A model generated the notes under the pieces. It had not been told where the DNA came from, made no database searches, and saw only the letters and a program-made list of their open reading frames with translations. A stretch of DNA of 62,253 bases, filler included, from Choristocarpus tenellus KU-1152 (Eukaryota; Protista; Phaeophyceae), in NCBI GenBank assembly GCA_964200185.2. It is 10 parts of 10 records of this genome, joined end to end, with 100 filler letters (N's around TTAATTAATTAA, not from the genome) between each part and the next. Parts side by side here need not be neighbours in the genome. Positions count along the whole stretch, not along the records: positions 19,571 to 27,928 come from CAXNAD020004813.1; positions 28,029 to 32,689 come from CAXNAD020013571.1; positions 32,790 to 44,266 come from CAXNAD020002294.1; 7 more parts are not named here. One strand, 5' to 3'. The translations under genes and the position numbers were made by a program. Within the stretch, counting starts at the first letter, position 1; each line of letters opens with the position of its first letter. Positions 25,516 through 37,328 of the stretch are shown one piece after another.

Positions 25516-27583
25516 TATTTCAGACCTGTGGTCAGGATAGTCTCTGCAAGAAAGTTAAGATATTGATAGTACTGAAATAATATTTACCTAGAAGCATCAT
25601 TTAGAGGTACTTGCCCTTGCTTGCACCAGGTGCCACACACAGTACAGGTGGGCATCCCTCAGGAACACATAACTTGGATTAAACTCAGTACCCTGCGCGG
25701 TTGATGTTCGCTAGGAATCCGGCACGGTTTGCCCCTCTGTTCGCGCTGATTGTTTCCAGCGCAATGAAACCTCTCCAGGTGCAAGAAAGTGGGATTTGTT
25801 GGCCATTGTCTCCACTTACTGCCACTGGAAATATATGATGTGAAGAGTTCCTTCAAGGTTGATGTGAGACATGGGGATAAGGACTTCTGATACGCAGGAA
25901 ACAGTGGCAATGGGAGATGCGGGATCCAGTCTCAAATAAAGCCTACCAGAGAGACGAATGTGGTGTTGCTGTGTTCGTGCCTGTGCCTCAGACGAGCATG
26001 CGGTCCCATAGTATCCTCAACGGGGGTCCAGCTCCCATTCAAGGCCCCTGTGACCCAGTAGCAATGTTGACATAATTAGAGTGAAAGTGCCAAATATGGT
26101 AACTTCCTTCATCTGGACGCTCCTTACTTTTCTATTTCCCTACCTCAACTTGTTACTCAGAGGCCTTTCTCTTAAAGTGCATAGATGCTACGCACTCAAG
26201 GAATGAGCCCCATCAACACTACCTTTCATTTTTTAAAGTGCCAATGGCAACGATACAAATCGCTCGTCTCCTCATGGCCAAAAAGAAACATTCTCATCTT
26301 TTTTTCCCCTTCCTGGTTGCCCTCTCCATGGGTTGAACTTGATCTCCGCCATTTCTAATCATACTCTCAAGATCATGTTTGCACACCTTGTCATTTTTAT
26401 ATTATTGCCTTCAGTTCAGCCTGAGAACTTAACCCAAGCCATGTTAAGAGGCACTACAAACACAGCCTGCTTCATTTTGCTAACTACTGCAACTAACTAT
26501 TGCACCATAGCAAACTGATTTTTCTACCTCCGTTCGTGCCTTCTTTGCTTCTCGCGCATCGGGCTAAGCCACCACACTGCTCATCGCTCCACCTCCTCCA
26601 TTGTATCTTGTCCTGAACCCGGTTCGGCATCGCTCAGCAAATAAAGCCATGTCATCTCATTGATGATCCAGAGTTTTTGTGGCATAGTGACAGATAAGAT
26701 AGTCTAAGAGTATAATTTTGAGTGCTTGCCATCCATGTTGACCTTGGATTATCAAAATCAGATTTCCATGAAAAGGAATCTGATATTGATGAGGTCCAAT
26801 CCATGAAAATCATGCAGGGACTAGCCTCCCATGACCGCTGGGCCACTAGGCCTTAGTTGCCATGGCACCATCCCTACTTCGCTAATATAGTTTTGTTAGT
26901 AATTGCAAACTTTATCAAAGACATTCTCACCCTAAGATGTTTGTGAATAGTAGTATAAATGGTAGTAATATATTTTATTGATGTGGACAAAGAGAGTTCA
27001 TTTTTTTCAAATATACTACGACCAATGCTTATTAGAATTTATTATTGTATTTATTGTTGTAAGTTGTAAGTTATTGTAAGTACTACAGAGTCAGTTTTTG
27101 TGTGTTTTTTTAAATTTATAATCTGTCTTATTCTATTAATAGCACTTCAAGTATTAATAGTATGTTGTTCCATGTCCCACCACAACATCTACAAAATGTC
27201 AGTGGGCCTAAAACAAGAAAACACCACAGCCTACTTGTAGTGTGTTCCTACACTGTATCGACTCAAAATGGAGTTCTATGCAATCCTCCTTCCCTAGTCC
27301 TGATTGAGGCAAATTTGTGTTTGGAGTTATTCCTTTGCACTGAAGAGCGAACCTGTCTCCCCTCAACAACCCTTCCGAGCTTATAATACCCCTGGATTCT
27401 AAGCACTTGATAAATAACTTCCTCCCAGTGCATTTGTAAAGAGACAGTACACAGAATATTCCTCATCCACACCTCTCTACATCTTCCTTTCCAACTACCT
27501 ACTTTTCTAGTGTCTGATTTGAACTCTAGATCTGTACAGGGCTAACTGCAAGTCTTCTACTTGTATTGCCCTACTCAAGACGC

Positions 27584-27585
<2 letters not shown>

Positions 27586-27635
<50 letters not shown>

Positions 27636-27657
27636 TGTATGTGTGTGTGTATGTGTG
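27586..27657. repeat. (TG)n microsatellite
   Basis: Long TG run with TA interruptions. Other microsatellites at ~314-345 (CACAT), 646-668 (CA), 6937-6990 (TAT), 22216-22249 (TG) and 25485-25514 (TAG). Confidence 0.95.
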
Positions 27658-28416
27658 CATGCATGTCAGCGTTGCCTATGACCACATTACGCACAAAAAA
27701 TGCACAGTCAGAAAACCGCACCCCAATCTCTCTTTCCCCTCCTTCCCCTCCCTCCCTTGAACTTTGTATGCCTACTGAGTGTATGATATGTGTTGAAAAT
27801 TTGTCTCTGGAGTTGCATGAGGTGCGCCTTAGACAGATCGCCTTGTTCCTGCCTTCAGTTTGATGGGAGAGTTGAGCGTACGGCCTCTGTGGCCAGGACC
27901 ATGTTACGCAAGGAGGCAAGGACCTGAGNNNNNNNNNNNNNNNNNNNNNNNNNNNNNNNNNNNNNNNNNNNNTTAATTAATTAANNNNNNNNNNNNNNNN
28001 NNNNNNNNNNNNNNNNNNNNNNNNNNNNTGACAATACTGGTAGAAAAGAGGGGGGATGTCAGATGGTAGATCCAAATACCCACCGCTCCACGTGTAGCAA
28101 TAGCTATTAATATCTTGATCTATTTCAGAACTCAGGTCTTATCGCATGGTATGTTATCAAGGTTTTGGTTGATTTGTAGTTTTTAACTAGTTTAGCGACA
28201 AATTGTAGAAGTAACAGGACAAATAGGTATGTCAAGGGATGTACTGTTGATCACACTTGCTTAATACTGTATTGGTGCTGGGGAGGCAAGTGCAGGGCAT
28301 ACAATTTGGTGCTACTATTCCAAATAACCGAGGATATCCCGGGTAGGATGGAATACAGAGGCAATATCAACAAGTGTGCATGATTCTAGCGAGGAAAATG
28401 TTATGGAATTTTAGTG

Positions 28417-29386
28417 TCATGTCTCATCAATTGCATTGCATACTATTCCATGGAAAGCCTGCCATGAATGGTTTTCAAAAAGTATCCTTCCTTTCTCTGC
28501 GCAAGCACTTTGTCGTTGAACAAGGGAGCGGTGAGGATTACATTCAGGTTCCCACAACCACTGCGCACATAAGCTGCCCCTCTCGTCTCTATCTCTTCCT
28601 TCTGCACGAAGGTTCATTTGCTTTACAACTCTTTCGATCATGTCCATATCATCTTCCGCCTCCTCTGCGCAATAACTGGTTATTACGATGTACATACATT
28701 CATTGGAGGAGATGAGCAATTTCTCTATAGTTGGAACCCAGTCATCATAGCCCCACAGTCCAGCATTGAAGCAAAAAACTACATGAGGTGTTGGAAGTTC
28801 TGGAAGAAAGTGGTACAGCCCAACCTGAAAATGAATAGTGACAGTCGGAGAGTATGTGTCCGGACTACCACATGATTTACCCATGCCTTGATCGCCTGAT
28901 CGCCATTCGCTATGAGGGAAGGTGTGCCAAACACCGTGTAACCCAGCTGCCACATTTGGACCAACAAACAACATTTCGACCTCTGAAACATTGTCTTCAC
29001 CCAACCTGCTAAACAGGTCCTGAAAAACGGTTTGAGTCTCCAATATTGTGTTTCCTTCCCTAGTCATGATGGAATTCACATGGGGATGGGCAGTGGGTTA
29101 GGGATAGTATGACTTCATAGATGAGCCTCTTACTGTCAGATACATACTTGCCTAGCACTTCAACTCGTTAGCGTCGTGTGGGGATCTATCGCATCTGCCA
29201 CATAATATTATTGGAGGGAAGGGTAAGGTTCTTTCTACTTTTTCGATTTGGAGTGTGGTCAATTTGGACTCACCTATAGTCTGCTCCAATTATGTGAAGC
29301 CTCAGCGATCTGGGGATGCCGTCCTTGCCATATATCTTTCTGAGAGAACCCAACACCGTTGCACTCCTCGTCGATGGCATTGACAT
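28417..29386 (-). CDS. Stand-alone MSS51 C-terminal-domain-like protein (2 exons, ~251 aa)
   Basis: Exon 1 (29386-29274; MSMPSTRS...LRLHIIGADY, donor GTGAGT) joins exon 2 (29059-28417) in phase. The product has HIIGADYREG...MLFVGPN...GLYH...PHVVFCFNAGLWGYDDWVPTI...VITSYCAEEA...WEPECNPH, motifs of the MSS51/ZMYND15-type C-terminal domain. Confidence 0.75.
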
Positions 29387-29537
29387 CTGAACTGTGCTCC
29401 TTGACTAACTTTCTCATCCTACTTCCTAAAAGGTAAAGGAAAAATACCTAAAATGGGTTTTGTAATGCTTGAATTGCTTGTAGAGATACACCACAAAATA
29501 CTTCACCACCAAAAGGTGAACGGACATTGTTGGGACC
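29387..29537. promoter_or_regulatory. Probable bidirectional promoter (151 bp between start codons)
   Basis: Divergent ATGs at 29386 (-) and 29538 (+). Confidence 0.55.
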
Positions 29538-32500
29538 ATGAGCTTCCTTTATCGCTCAGCTGGTCAAGTCCTTCAGGGTGTGGAGGAAGGGAAGGCAAGC
29601 CTGAAGACTCTCACACTAGGTTGTGGCAATAAGTGGAGTGTAGGTGGAGGAAAAAATGGAGATGAAGCAGGGCCAAAGCGGAAGCTCTATGCCCTTGTGA
29701 GTGAGACAATACGTTTCAAGCCGGTCCTAGATCAACTGGTGGAAATGGCAGGTGTGAGGTGAGCAGCAGACATTGCTTCCGCTCAATCTATCAGGTGTGT
29801 GTTTGGCCAAGATTAAAGTTAGCTCTATTGAGTTTCTAGTCTTCAAGTATGTACAACTCCTTCTCCTTTCCTTGTGATTGAACCCTTGCTGAATGGTCCC
29901 GTTCGTGCACTCTCTTAAGTAAATGGAATCATTTTGTGCAGCTTGTCTATGGGGTGATCGATAGGCGGGATGTCATTCGTAGCTCAACATGAAGTATTTC
30001 TTGCAGGCAGTGAGCTACACCTTGCCTTCAAAATGCCAATATCTTGGAAACAATTGAAGTATAAACTGAGGAGCAGGGCAGAGATAGAGCTCGAAAAGAT
30101 AAAATCAACCTTTCAATCGAATTGCATTGTAACGAGTGGTGGATGTTGGGGTGGAAGGCTGAATTTTACTAAATACCTTTTCATTGGGGCTGAGTCTATT
30201 GATGACTCTGCACACAATAAAGAGCAAGGGGGGTCCTCCAACAACCTTTCAAGGTAAGGGGAGTTCAAGAACATACAGAGGGCGGGGCGGGAGGGGGGGT
30301 AGACGCTATCCCTTTCTTCGAAACTGTGTATCTTACTTGCATTTTACCCTACCCTACTGTACGGCACTACTAGGGGTGTGATGTTCAAGGAAGAGCACAT
30401 GCGGGATAAGAATCAGGGTTACGTAATGCTGTACGAGGTCCTCCTGGGTAAAGGCTCGATTCAGGGCGGAGGCAAGCTGAAGGTGAACGGTAGGTCTTCT
30501 CTTTCGCTTTGTGCATTTGTCAAATATACCTCTGAACAGGAATTGTGAGCTCCACTTGACAACAAAAATAGTGCATCCCCAACTTAGTCTGGCTGCCGCA
30601 ACACCCTCTCACAATTTAAGATGATCATGTACGACTACAACGAGTTTCGTCATGTATTGATATCGACATCACCGCACAGGGTTATCCAACGAAATTCAAT
30701 TTGTAAACCTCATGATTAGAGCCATAGGTATGCCTTGTCTCACTCAAGAAAGTTCCTGTGTTACTGGACGAGTGGTTTGCCAGCGTCATATCATGCAGTT
30801 CAAGGATCGCTTGGATGGGAGCTTGAAGACCCTCAGGAAGCAGAAGGGGCTGTCTACTGATGCACCAAATAAGGATCTTCTTCCGAGAAGCGCTAGACGG
30901 CACAACTTTCCTAGGCGAGTAACGCACGTTATAATTGTTGGTGTGTGTCATTGTTGCACAGCAGAGGCCGGTCAAGCAAATCTGTTTTGTGGATTAGAAA
31001 CCACACTCTCTCAGGTCAAGATGTTGTGTGCACTTCCGATTGTTGATAAAGCAGAGGACCCCCATGGCAGAGGTCGATAATGGCATTTATCTGCCAGTCA
31101 GATTTGTGCCTGAACTAGGACAGCAATCATTTTGTGGTGTGGTTCTACATACACCAGTAGTTAGTACATGTTCTGAAGAGAATGTACGGTTGATCTAAAA
31201 AGGTGAGGAAACAGTTACGATATGGCCGGGTTAATATGTACTGGATTGTTGCTGTTTTTGTATTTTTAAGGACCATGCCGATTCGCTTGTGAGAGAAGAT
31301 ACTGATACGACATTTACTTGCTCGAGGCAAACAGAAAGTGACTACCAGGAATAATCTCAGTGTGGTGTCATGCGGAAGGGGTCGTTGGTGACTGTATACG
31401 TAGCCTTCCTGAGATTGTAGTGACATGTTTCCGTGGCGCACTCAGGTATGCCAGGGTGAATCTTATGAAGTGCCCAGAGGGAGTGGAAGCAACTGCTGCA
31501 CTGCTCAAGGACGAGGGACTACAGGTGGATGTGAGTTGAGATGGGTCCTAGATGTTTATTGTATGTTTATTGTATGTTTATCTCCATGAATTGCATGTAT
31601 CCTCCCCAGAGTAGCAGAGTGCTATTATTAGGAACTTGGAGCTCTCCTCTCCTATCTGATCCCGTCTCAGGTAGAAGATTTAGCTGAGCTGCTCGATAGA
31701 AGAAAGGAACGGACCTGTTTCCTGGTGATTTCTTGAAGTGGAAGGGTACCTATGTATTCTAGAGCTTGTTTGAACGATCTCAACAACAGCGTCTGGAGTA
31801 GGTGTACCTCTTCTTGACGTTCTAAACGTGCAACAGACTACTACTGTCCACCCACTCTTTAATTTCAAAACTTTTTTTTTGTGTGTGTTTTATCTCAACG
31901 TGTCGCTCCAACTGCTGACGATCCAGTATTGCGTGCACTCCTGTGGCCTTTGAGTATGTACCTCAATAAATGAAAGTACGATACCGCCTTCTCGCTCTCT
32001 GTACTCCCATTGCTGTATGTCACAGGTGGACAACATTGTCCCCAGCCTGCTGGTATTACCCCCCGGCACAGACCTTCACGAACACCGCCTGGTGAAACAG
32101 GGCCGTCTCATTCTTCAAGGTGCTTTCGCCTGTACCCTCACTGACTACATCAGCAAACTTTTTTTTTTTGTATGAGACTAGCAGCAGTATATGGATCGAT
32201 GGAAACATCGAAACGCTTTTTTTGTTCTGTGCACCAACTAACTAGCCCTTGCAGCGCACGATCCCCATCCCCATCCCCATCCCCGCCCGTAGGACACGCT
32301 TGCTTGTACCCCCACAGTCCCCCCCCCGCTCATCAACCTCTTCTTGGTCTTTCCCTCTCGCTGCCATCTTTCAAAACCTCTTGTTGTGGTTCAAAGACAA
32401 GAGTTCGTGCTTCTCGGCAGAAGCCCTCTTAGGGTACGAGATGGAGCAGGGTGTTGGTGATGGTATACCCTTCCGTGAAGCTGAAAGGAAAGGCGGAGAC

Positions 32501-32610
32501 TTTATCGATGCCTGTGCTGCCCCGGGGAACAAGACTATGCACCTGGCGTCGCTCTTGGCGCAGTTGCGGAGCCACGAGGGTGGGGGTGGTGGTACGTTGT
32601 TGGGATCCAG
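29538..32610 (+). CDS. NSUN5: 25S/28S rRNA m5C methyltransferase NSUN5/Rcm1, 5' part (6 exons; truncated by poly-G and gap)
   Basis: Exons 29538-29758, 30374-30482, 30784-30914, 31446-31530, 32026-32119 and 32397 onward. Motifs LYALVSET, PRYARVN, PPGTDLHEHRLV..GRLILQDKSSCFSA and IDACAAPGNKTMHLA. Confidence 0.93.
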
Positions 32611-32613
32611 GTG

Positions 32614-32656
<43 letters not shown>

Positions 32657-33012
32657 GGGGGGGGGGGGGGAGGGGTGGGTTGGTTTGTTNNNNNNNNNNN
32701 NNNNNNNNNNNNNNNNNNNNNNNNNNNNNNNNNTTAATTAATTAANNNNNNNNNNNNNNNNNNNNNNNNNNNNNNNNNNNNNNNNNNNNAGCTCCCCCCC
32801 CCCCCCCCCCCCAGATACTTTGAACCTTTATGTGCACATAATACTATTTTTTTTAATTTTGAAGAATGTTCTATGCCCTACCTGCCCATTTCACTGACAC
32901 TTCCTCTCCTCTCTATTATTAATGAAGGCGTACATACTGCCCCTTGCCCCCTCTTTACTCTTCCCCATCTTGGGTCCGATTTGAAACCACAGTGCCTTGT
33001 ATCGGTCCACAG

Positions 33013-36000
33013 CTCGGATGAAGGAGGCAGGCAAGCCCTTTGTCAAAGAAGCAGCAATGACCAAGCTGTACTCATCTCAGGTTGTTGCTCATGCACATCC
33101 CTTCTGTTTTGAGACAGTTACATTTTTTTTTGTCTTGATGGATGTAGGTATTTGTTCCCTGATACATTAGGTACACACACTGTTGTGTTTGAGATGAGAT
33201 GTGACGTATAAGATATATTGACACCTCCAATTTGTTTCTATGATTCACTTTTTGTGAGTGACGGTTCCCGTGGAGGTATGCATATTATTACTATTTGTTG
33301 ATATGAGGTATATGCATTGATACTGTTGTATTATTTTTACTACTATTGTAACTATTGTTGTCTCAACACTTTCGTAGTAGGTGTTATTTGGGAATGAGGT
33401 AGTACTCTATTGCGTTTTTTCTTTTTTGTCCTCGTTGCTGCTTGGAGACGTAATGACATACCGTGATGGAAATGGATAGTGGACATTGTTTATCAGTTGT
33501 TTCTTGATGTGCTGGTGTTCTTTTGTGACCTGGAAAGTTCGGGATTGGGTCTGGTTTTTGGCACATTCTATGTTCATATCGCAAGGGTTTCTTTGTTGAA
33601 ACAGCCAGTTACGCCTATCGGAACCGTGGGATTTGCAGTGGCGCCACTCAGACTATTTTAAGAATAGAGATGCTCGAGGTGAGACAACACTATTTTTTCG
33701 TAGTAGCTGTGCTAATGTGTACACACATGTAGGTACAGAGAGTTAGTGGCACCAACACACGAAATTAGTGGTGTTTTTTACTCTCTCCACAACAAATCGT
33801 GTTAATAACTTGATTGCCTCTCCCCTCACCCTCCTCAAACACATTTTCCTACCCGTTGCGCTTCTTGTGTGCCTGATCTCTGATAACTCAGTTTCCCTGT
33901 CTCTCCTACATTTGTAACTCCGGTCGGATTGTGCGTCTCCTCTCTTGTGCTTATGGTATCGTGCAGGTGGCTGAGCGGACAGCATCCAAGTGCGTCGAGT
34001 GGCTAGGAGGTGTTGGGGTGAGTGAGTATGTAACCGATTTCTTCCTGGTAGCACGTTTGGGCTACATACACTTCCTCTGTTCAGCATCAGCTTGAACAGT
34101 TTTTTGTTTCCCCTTATCTACGCAAATTGTTCAAATAGATGCTTAAGAGAGGAAGTGCGTAAGTATGTTCTTTGATCACTGGTGTATTCCCAGCTCTCCT
34201 CTTGCTCGTTCCCACATGGAATGTTAACCAGTTCTTGTAGGCTTGCGAGATGAGATTGTTTCTTCTGTTGTAGAGCTTTGATTGGTTGAACTGGATTGGC
34301 TGCAAGTGGAGGATGAAGTATGAGAAAAATCTCTTTATTGAATAGTGTAAGGGACTCTGTATGCTTGTACTTTGAGTACTTCGACAGGCGAACTACCTCT
34401 ACCACTATGCTTCAGTTGAGAAGTGGTATCTACGTATCTATGTATCTCCGTGGTGCTCTCCTATCCTAGGCTTGATACCTCTGTATACCTGTGTATATGC
34501 CATAGGGAAGCCTGACCCCACTAGTCATGCAACCCTATACGGTCAACATTGGATGTCCAGTTCCAATCGATTCGAATGTTACTTTCTATGGAAGGGAAAC
34601 ACTAAGACTGTTTCGTGGTGGTGGACACTGTTTCATCACTTTCCAAGTGGCAACACATTTGCAGAGTGCTGTCAACAAGGGAAGATGTTAAAAGAAGCGA
34701 TGATAATGCGATCAAGAGGGTTGCTAGTCCTTTGGACTGGATCATCGATCAAATTATGCTGTTTCGACTGGTTACATTGAGATATTTCTGTCATTCTTAC
34801 GTCTTGAAGTTGGTGGAAGGTTATTGTCAGTAGTATATTAGGAGACTATATGAACTGTGGGCAGTTGGTTGAACTTTTCAATTTATTGAAAATGCCTGCG
34901 CAAGGAAGAGATAAACTCGGAAGGTTTGATCACGCGTTCATCTTGTGATCGAGGTTCCCCAGGTGTAAGTATGTTGTGGTGTAGAATTGCTAAATTTAAG
35001 GTTTAGATTCCAAGGTGTACCAGGCTAGATGTAAAGGTCTCGAAGTAGCTCAGGGGTAGAGCGGTGGTCTGTAGATGTCAATGGGTAACCATTGGTCCGG
35101 AGTTCGAATCTCCGCTTCGAGATTTGTTTTTCACTGAACCTGATTTTTTCTCTCCCTCATCATCTCTCTCACCTCTATCTTTCATCATGGTGTATTTGTT
35201 GTGTGTGTCTGACTCGCCTTTCCTTCTTCGATGCATTTTTGTTTTTCTTTATTCAGTCATGAATTATACCCTGCGACGTTTAAGTTGTAAGTTTCGCCTT
35301 CAAATTTGAAGGTATCTTTTCTCTACCCCAGTACCAGACATGCCTACAGCATCAAGGCAACCACATTTGGATGTATTGTTGCATATAATATGCACCCTCA
35401 TGCTCAACCATCTAGACTTTACTCTTATTAATATATGTATATATTGATCTATGTATGTGCTATATCATGATCATCATCGCCCCTGACACTTTGGAGATAA
35501 ACAGACCAGTTGTTGTCATGGAGTAAACAAGAAGAAGCATGTAAGGCAAAGAATGCAACAAACACCACAACTACAACAGAGTCTGTACTGCTTAGAGGAA
35601 AGGCCTCCTTATACCCCCCCCACAAAAAAACAATTTCCACGTATTTCTGTGTGTATGTGCCACAATTGTATTGCCTTACCTTTATAGTAAAACCCAAAAA
35701 CTTGGGTTGAGTTCTACAGGGTCTCACCTTTTCACCACTATGATGCAAAATAGATCAATAAATGTACTGAGCTTCTTGTGTTCACAGTTAGCTACTTTGT
35801 AGCAAATGAGCACTCAACAGGGAACTCTGGGTTAGCCAGGGTGAGTATAGTGTGGTAGAATTAGTTAATACTTAGTAGAAAGCAAGAAAAAAAACATTGT
35901 ATGTATTTCATAAAAAATAGTACTTTATTTGTGGCAGTACGTACTCTGTATTTACTAAAAAGTACCTTATAGTAGAAATCCTCTACAACACCTACAGTAG

Positions 36001-37328
36001 GAACACCAGTGATCTTCAAATCAAACATGATGAATAAATATTTAATAACATGTTGCGAATATATTGTAACAGTTCGACTTCAAGTTGAGGGGCAGAATTA
36101 GATCCTGGTGGTGACTTATGGACATTCATCACAGTATTGTTTGAGCCCAACCTACCTTACATATTGGTCAGAACTTTATCCCAAATCTTTCCCTTTCAAA
36201 CTTCATGATAGCGATTTTTTCGCTTTCTATTTGGCTGCCGCTGTTATGTCCTGTGCAGTACACCAAGGCCTTCCTGGCGGAAAAATTCTACCGAGATTGC
36301 AAAATTGGAGCCATCTATGAGGTAAACAGCTTTGCATTACTCTACTTTGCCCTGATACTGGAAGAGGTCATGGAGGCAGTTGTCGCACACTATAAATATT
36401 ATGGAAATGCACCCTCCAGAAGAACGTTGCCTGGTGGAAATTGATGTAACACACGACATAGATGTGGAGAGATGACAGCATGTTTAAATTCGCCATACTT
36501 CATCCTTCATTGTCTAGGGAGTTTTATCCCGCCTTCACAATTATGTTGATTGGAGACTCTTTGGAGTGTATGGATAGTATTTGATTATCTCAAGCTACAC
36601 TTATCATTTTAGTTTAGACCTTTTGCCTATTCTGGAAACGTTGGGGGTCTCAGCTTGGGGAGCATGTAGTCTGTCACACAAACTTTGCACTCTTCTTGAG
36701 AGCAAAAGCATCCTAGAGGGTACGAGTTTTGACCTGTTTGTCCGTTTGGGACTTGGCTTCTCATGGGTTTTTTTTATGACATTTTACCTACTCCGAAACG
36801 AAACATTTCGGAGTAGGTAAAATGTATACGTTATGAAAAGGTCTGTCTAGAACAAGGATATTTACATTTCCTAACAAACACGATAGCCAAAATTATATCA
36901 AAATCGCGACAATGGATTTGTCCCCCAGACGGACGCGGTTCTACCCTCTAAGATACTTCGACTCCGACTCTTTCATAATGTACGTGGTATGGGTGCTAGA
37001 AAGTGGTAGTAGGTGTTCGGTGCTGTCTTCTGTCAGTTCTAAAATTTTAAATCACTTCAAGGATTGAATCGTGACATATTCCATAGGCATTGTTTGGTTC
37101 ACTTTCTGAGGCGAGATATGGGCTATGAATAGTCGGAGAAAGTCTGGGAAACAAGGCTCACATCTTGCATACTCCAAGTGATAACATAAAAGATTTGCCC
37201 TCACGACTCAGCTCTGTTCCCACCCCCACTCCACTCTCTGCTGTTGTCCCCTGCATCCCTTGCAGGGCACTTCCAATATCCAGCTGTCCACCATTGCCAA
37301 TCTGATGCGCAAGGATCTCGCACCTTGA
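33013..37328 (+). CDS. ACADSB: Short/branched-chain acyl-CoA dehydrogenase, last 4 exons
   Basis: Exons 33013-33080, 33967-34017, 36259-36321 and 37266-37328 give [81 protein letters not shown]. Confidence 0.92.
35039..35122 (+). tRNA. tRNA-Tyr(GTA) with 12-nt intron (35075-35086)
   Basis: Acceptor stem CTCGAAG/CTTCGAG with A73, D stem GCTC/GAGC, anticodon stem GTGGT/ACCAT, GTA at 35071-35073, T arm CGGAG-TTCGAAT-CTCCG, then a T-rich Pol III terminator. Confidence 0.92.
36700..36964 (-). mobile_element. MITE family B copy in an ACADSB intron
   Basis: GAGCAAAAGCATCCTAGAGGGTACGAG...TACCCTCTAAGATACTTCGACTC, collinear with 61615-61873; flanks TGA/CGA. Confidence 0.88.

Noticed and set aside
32581-32689. 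Poly-glycine tract in NSUN5
   Set aside because: G homopolymer next to a gap; probably intronic or a sequencing artefact.
34560-34700. HFPSGNTFAE as a Gypsy RNase H tail
   Set aside because: A single weak motif with no supporting domains.
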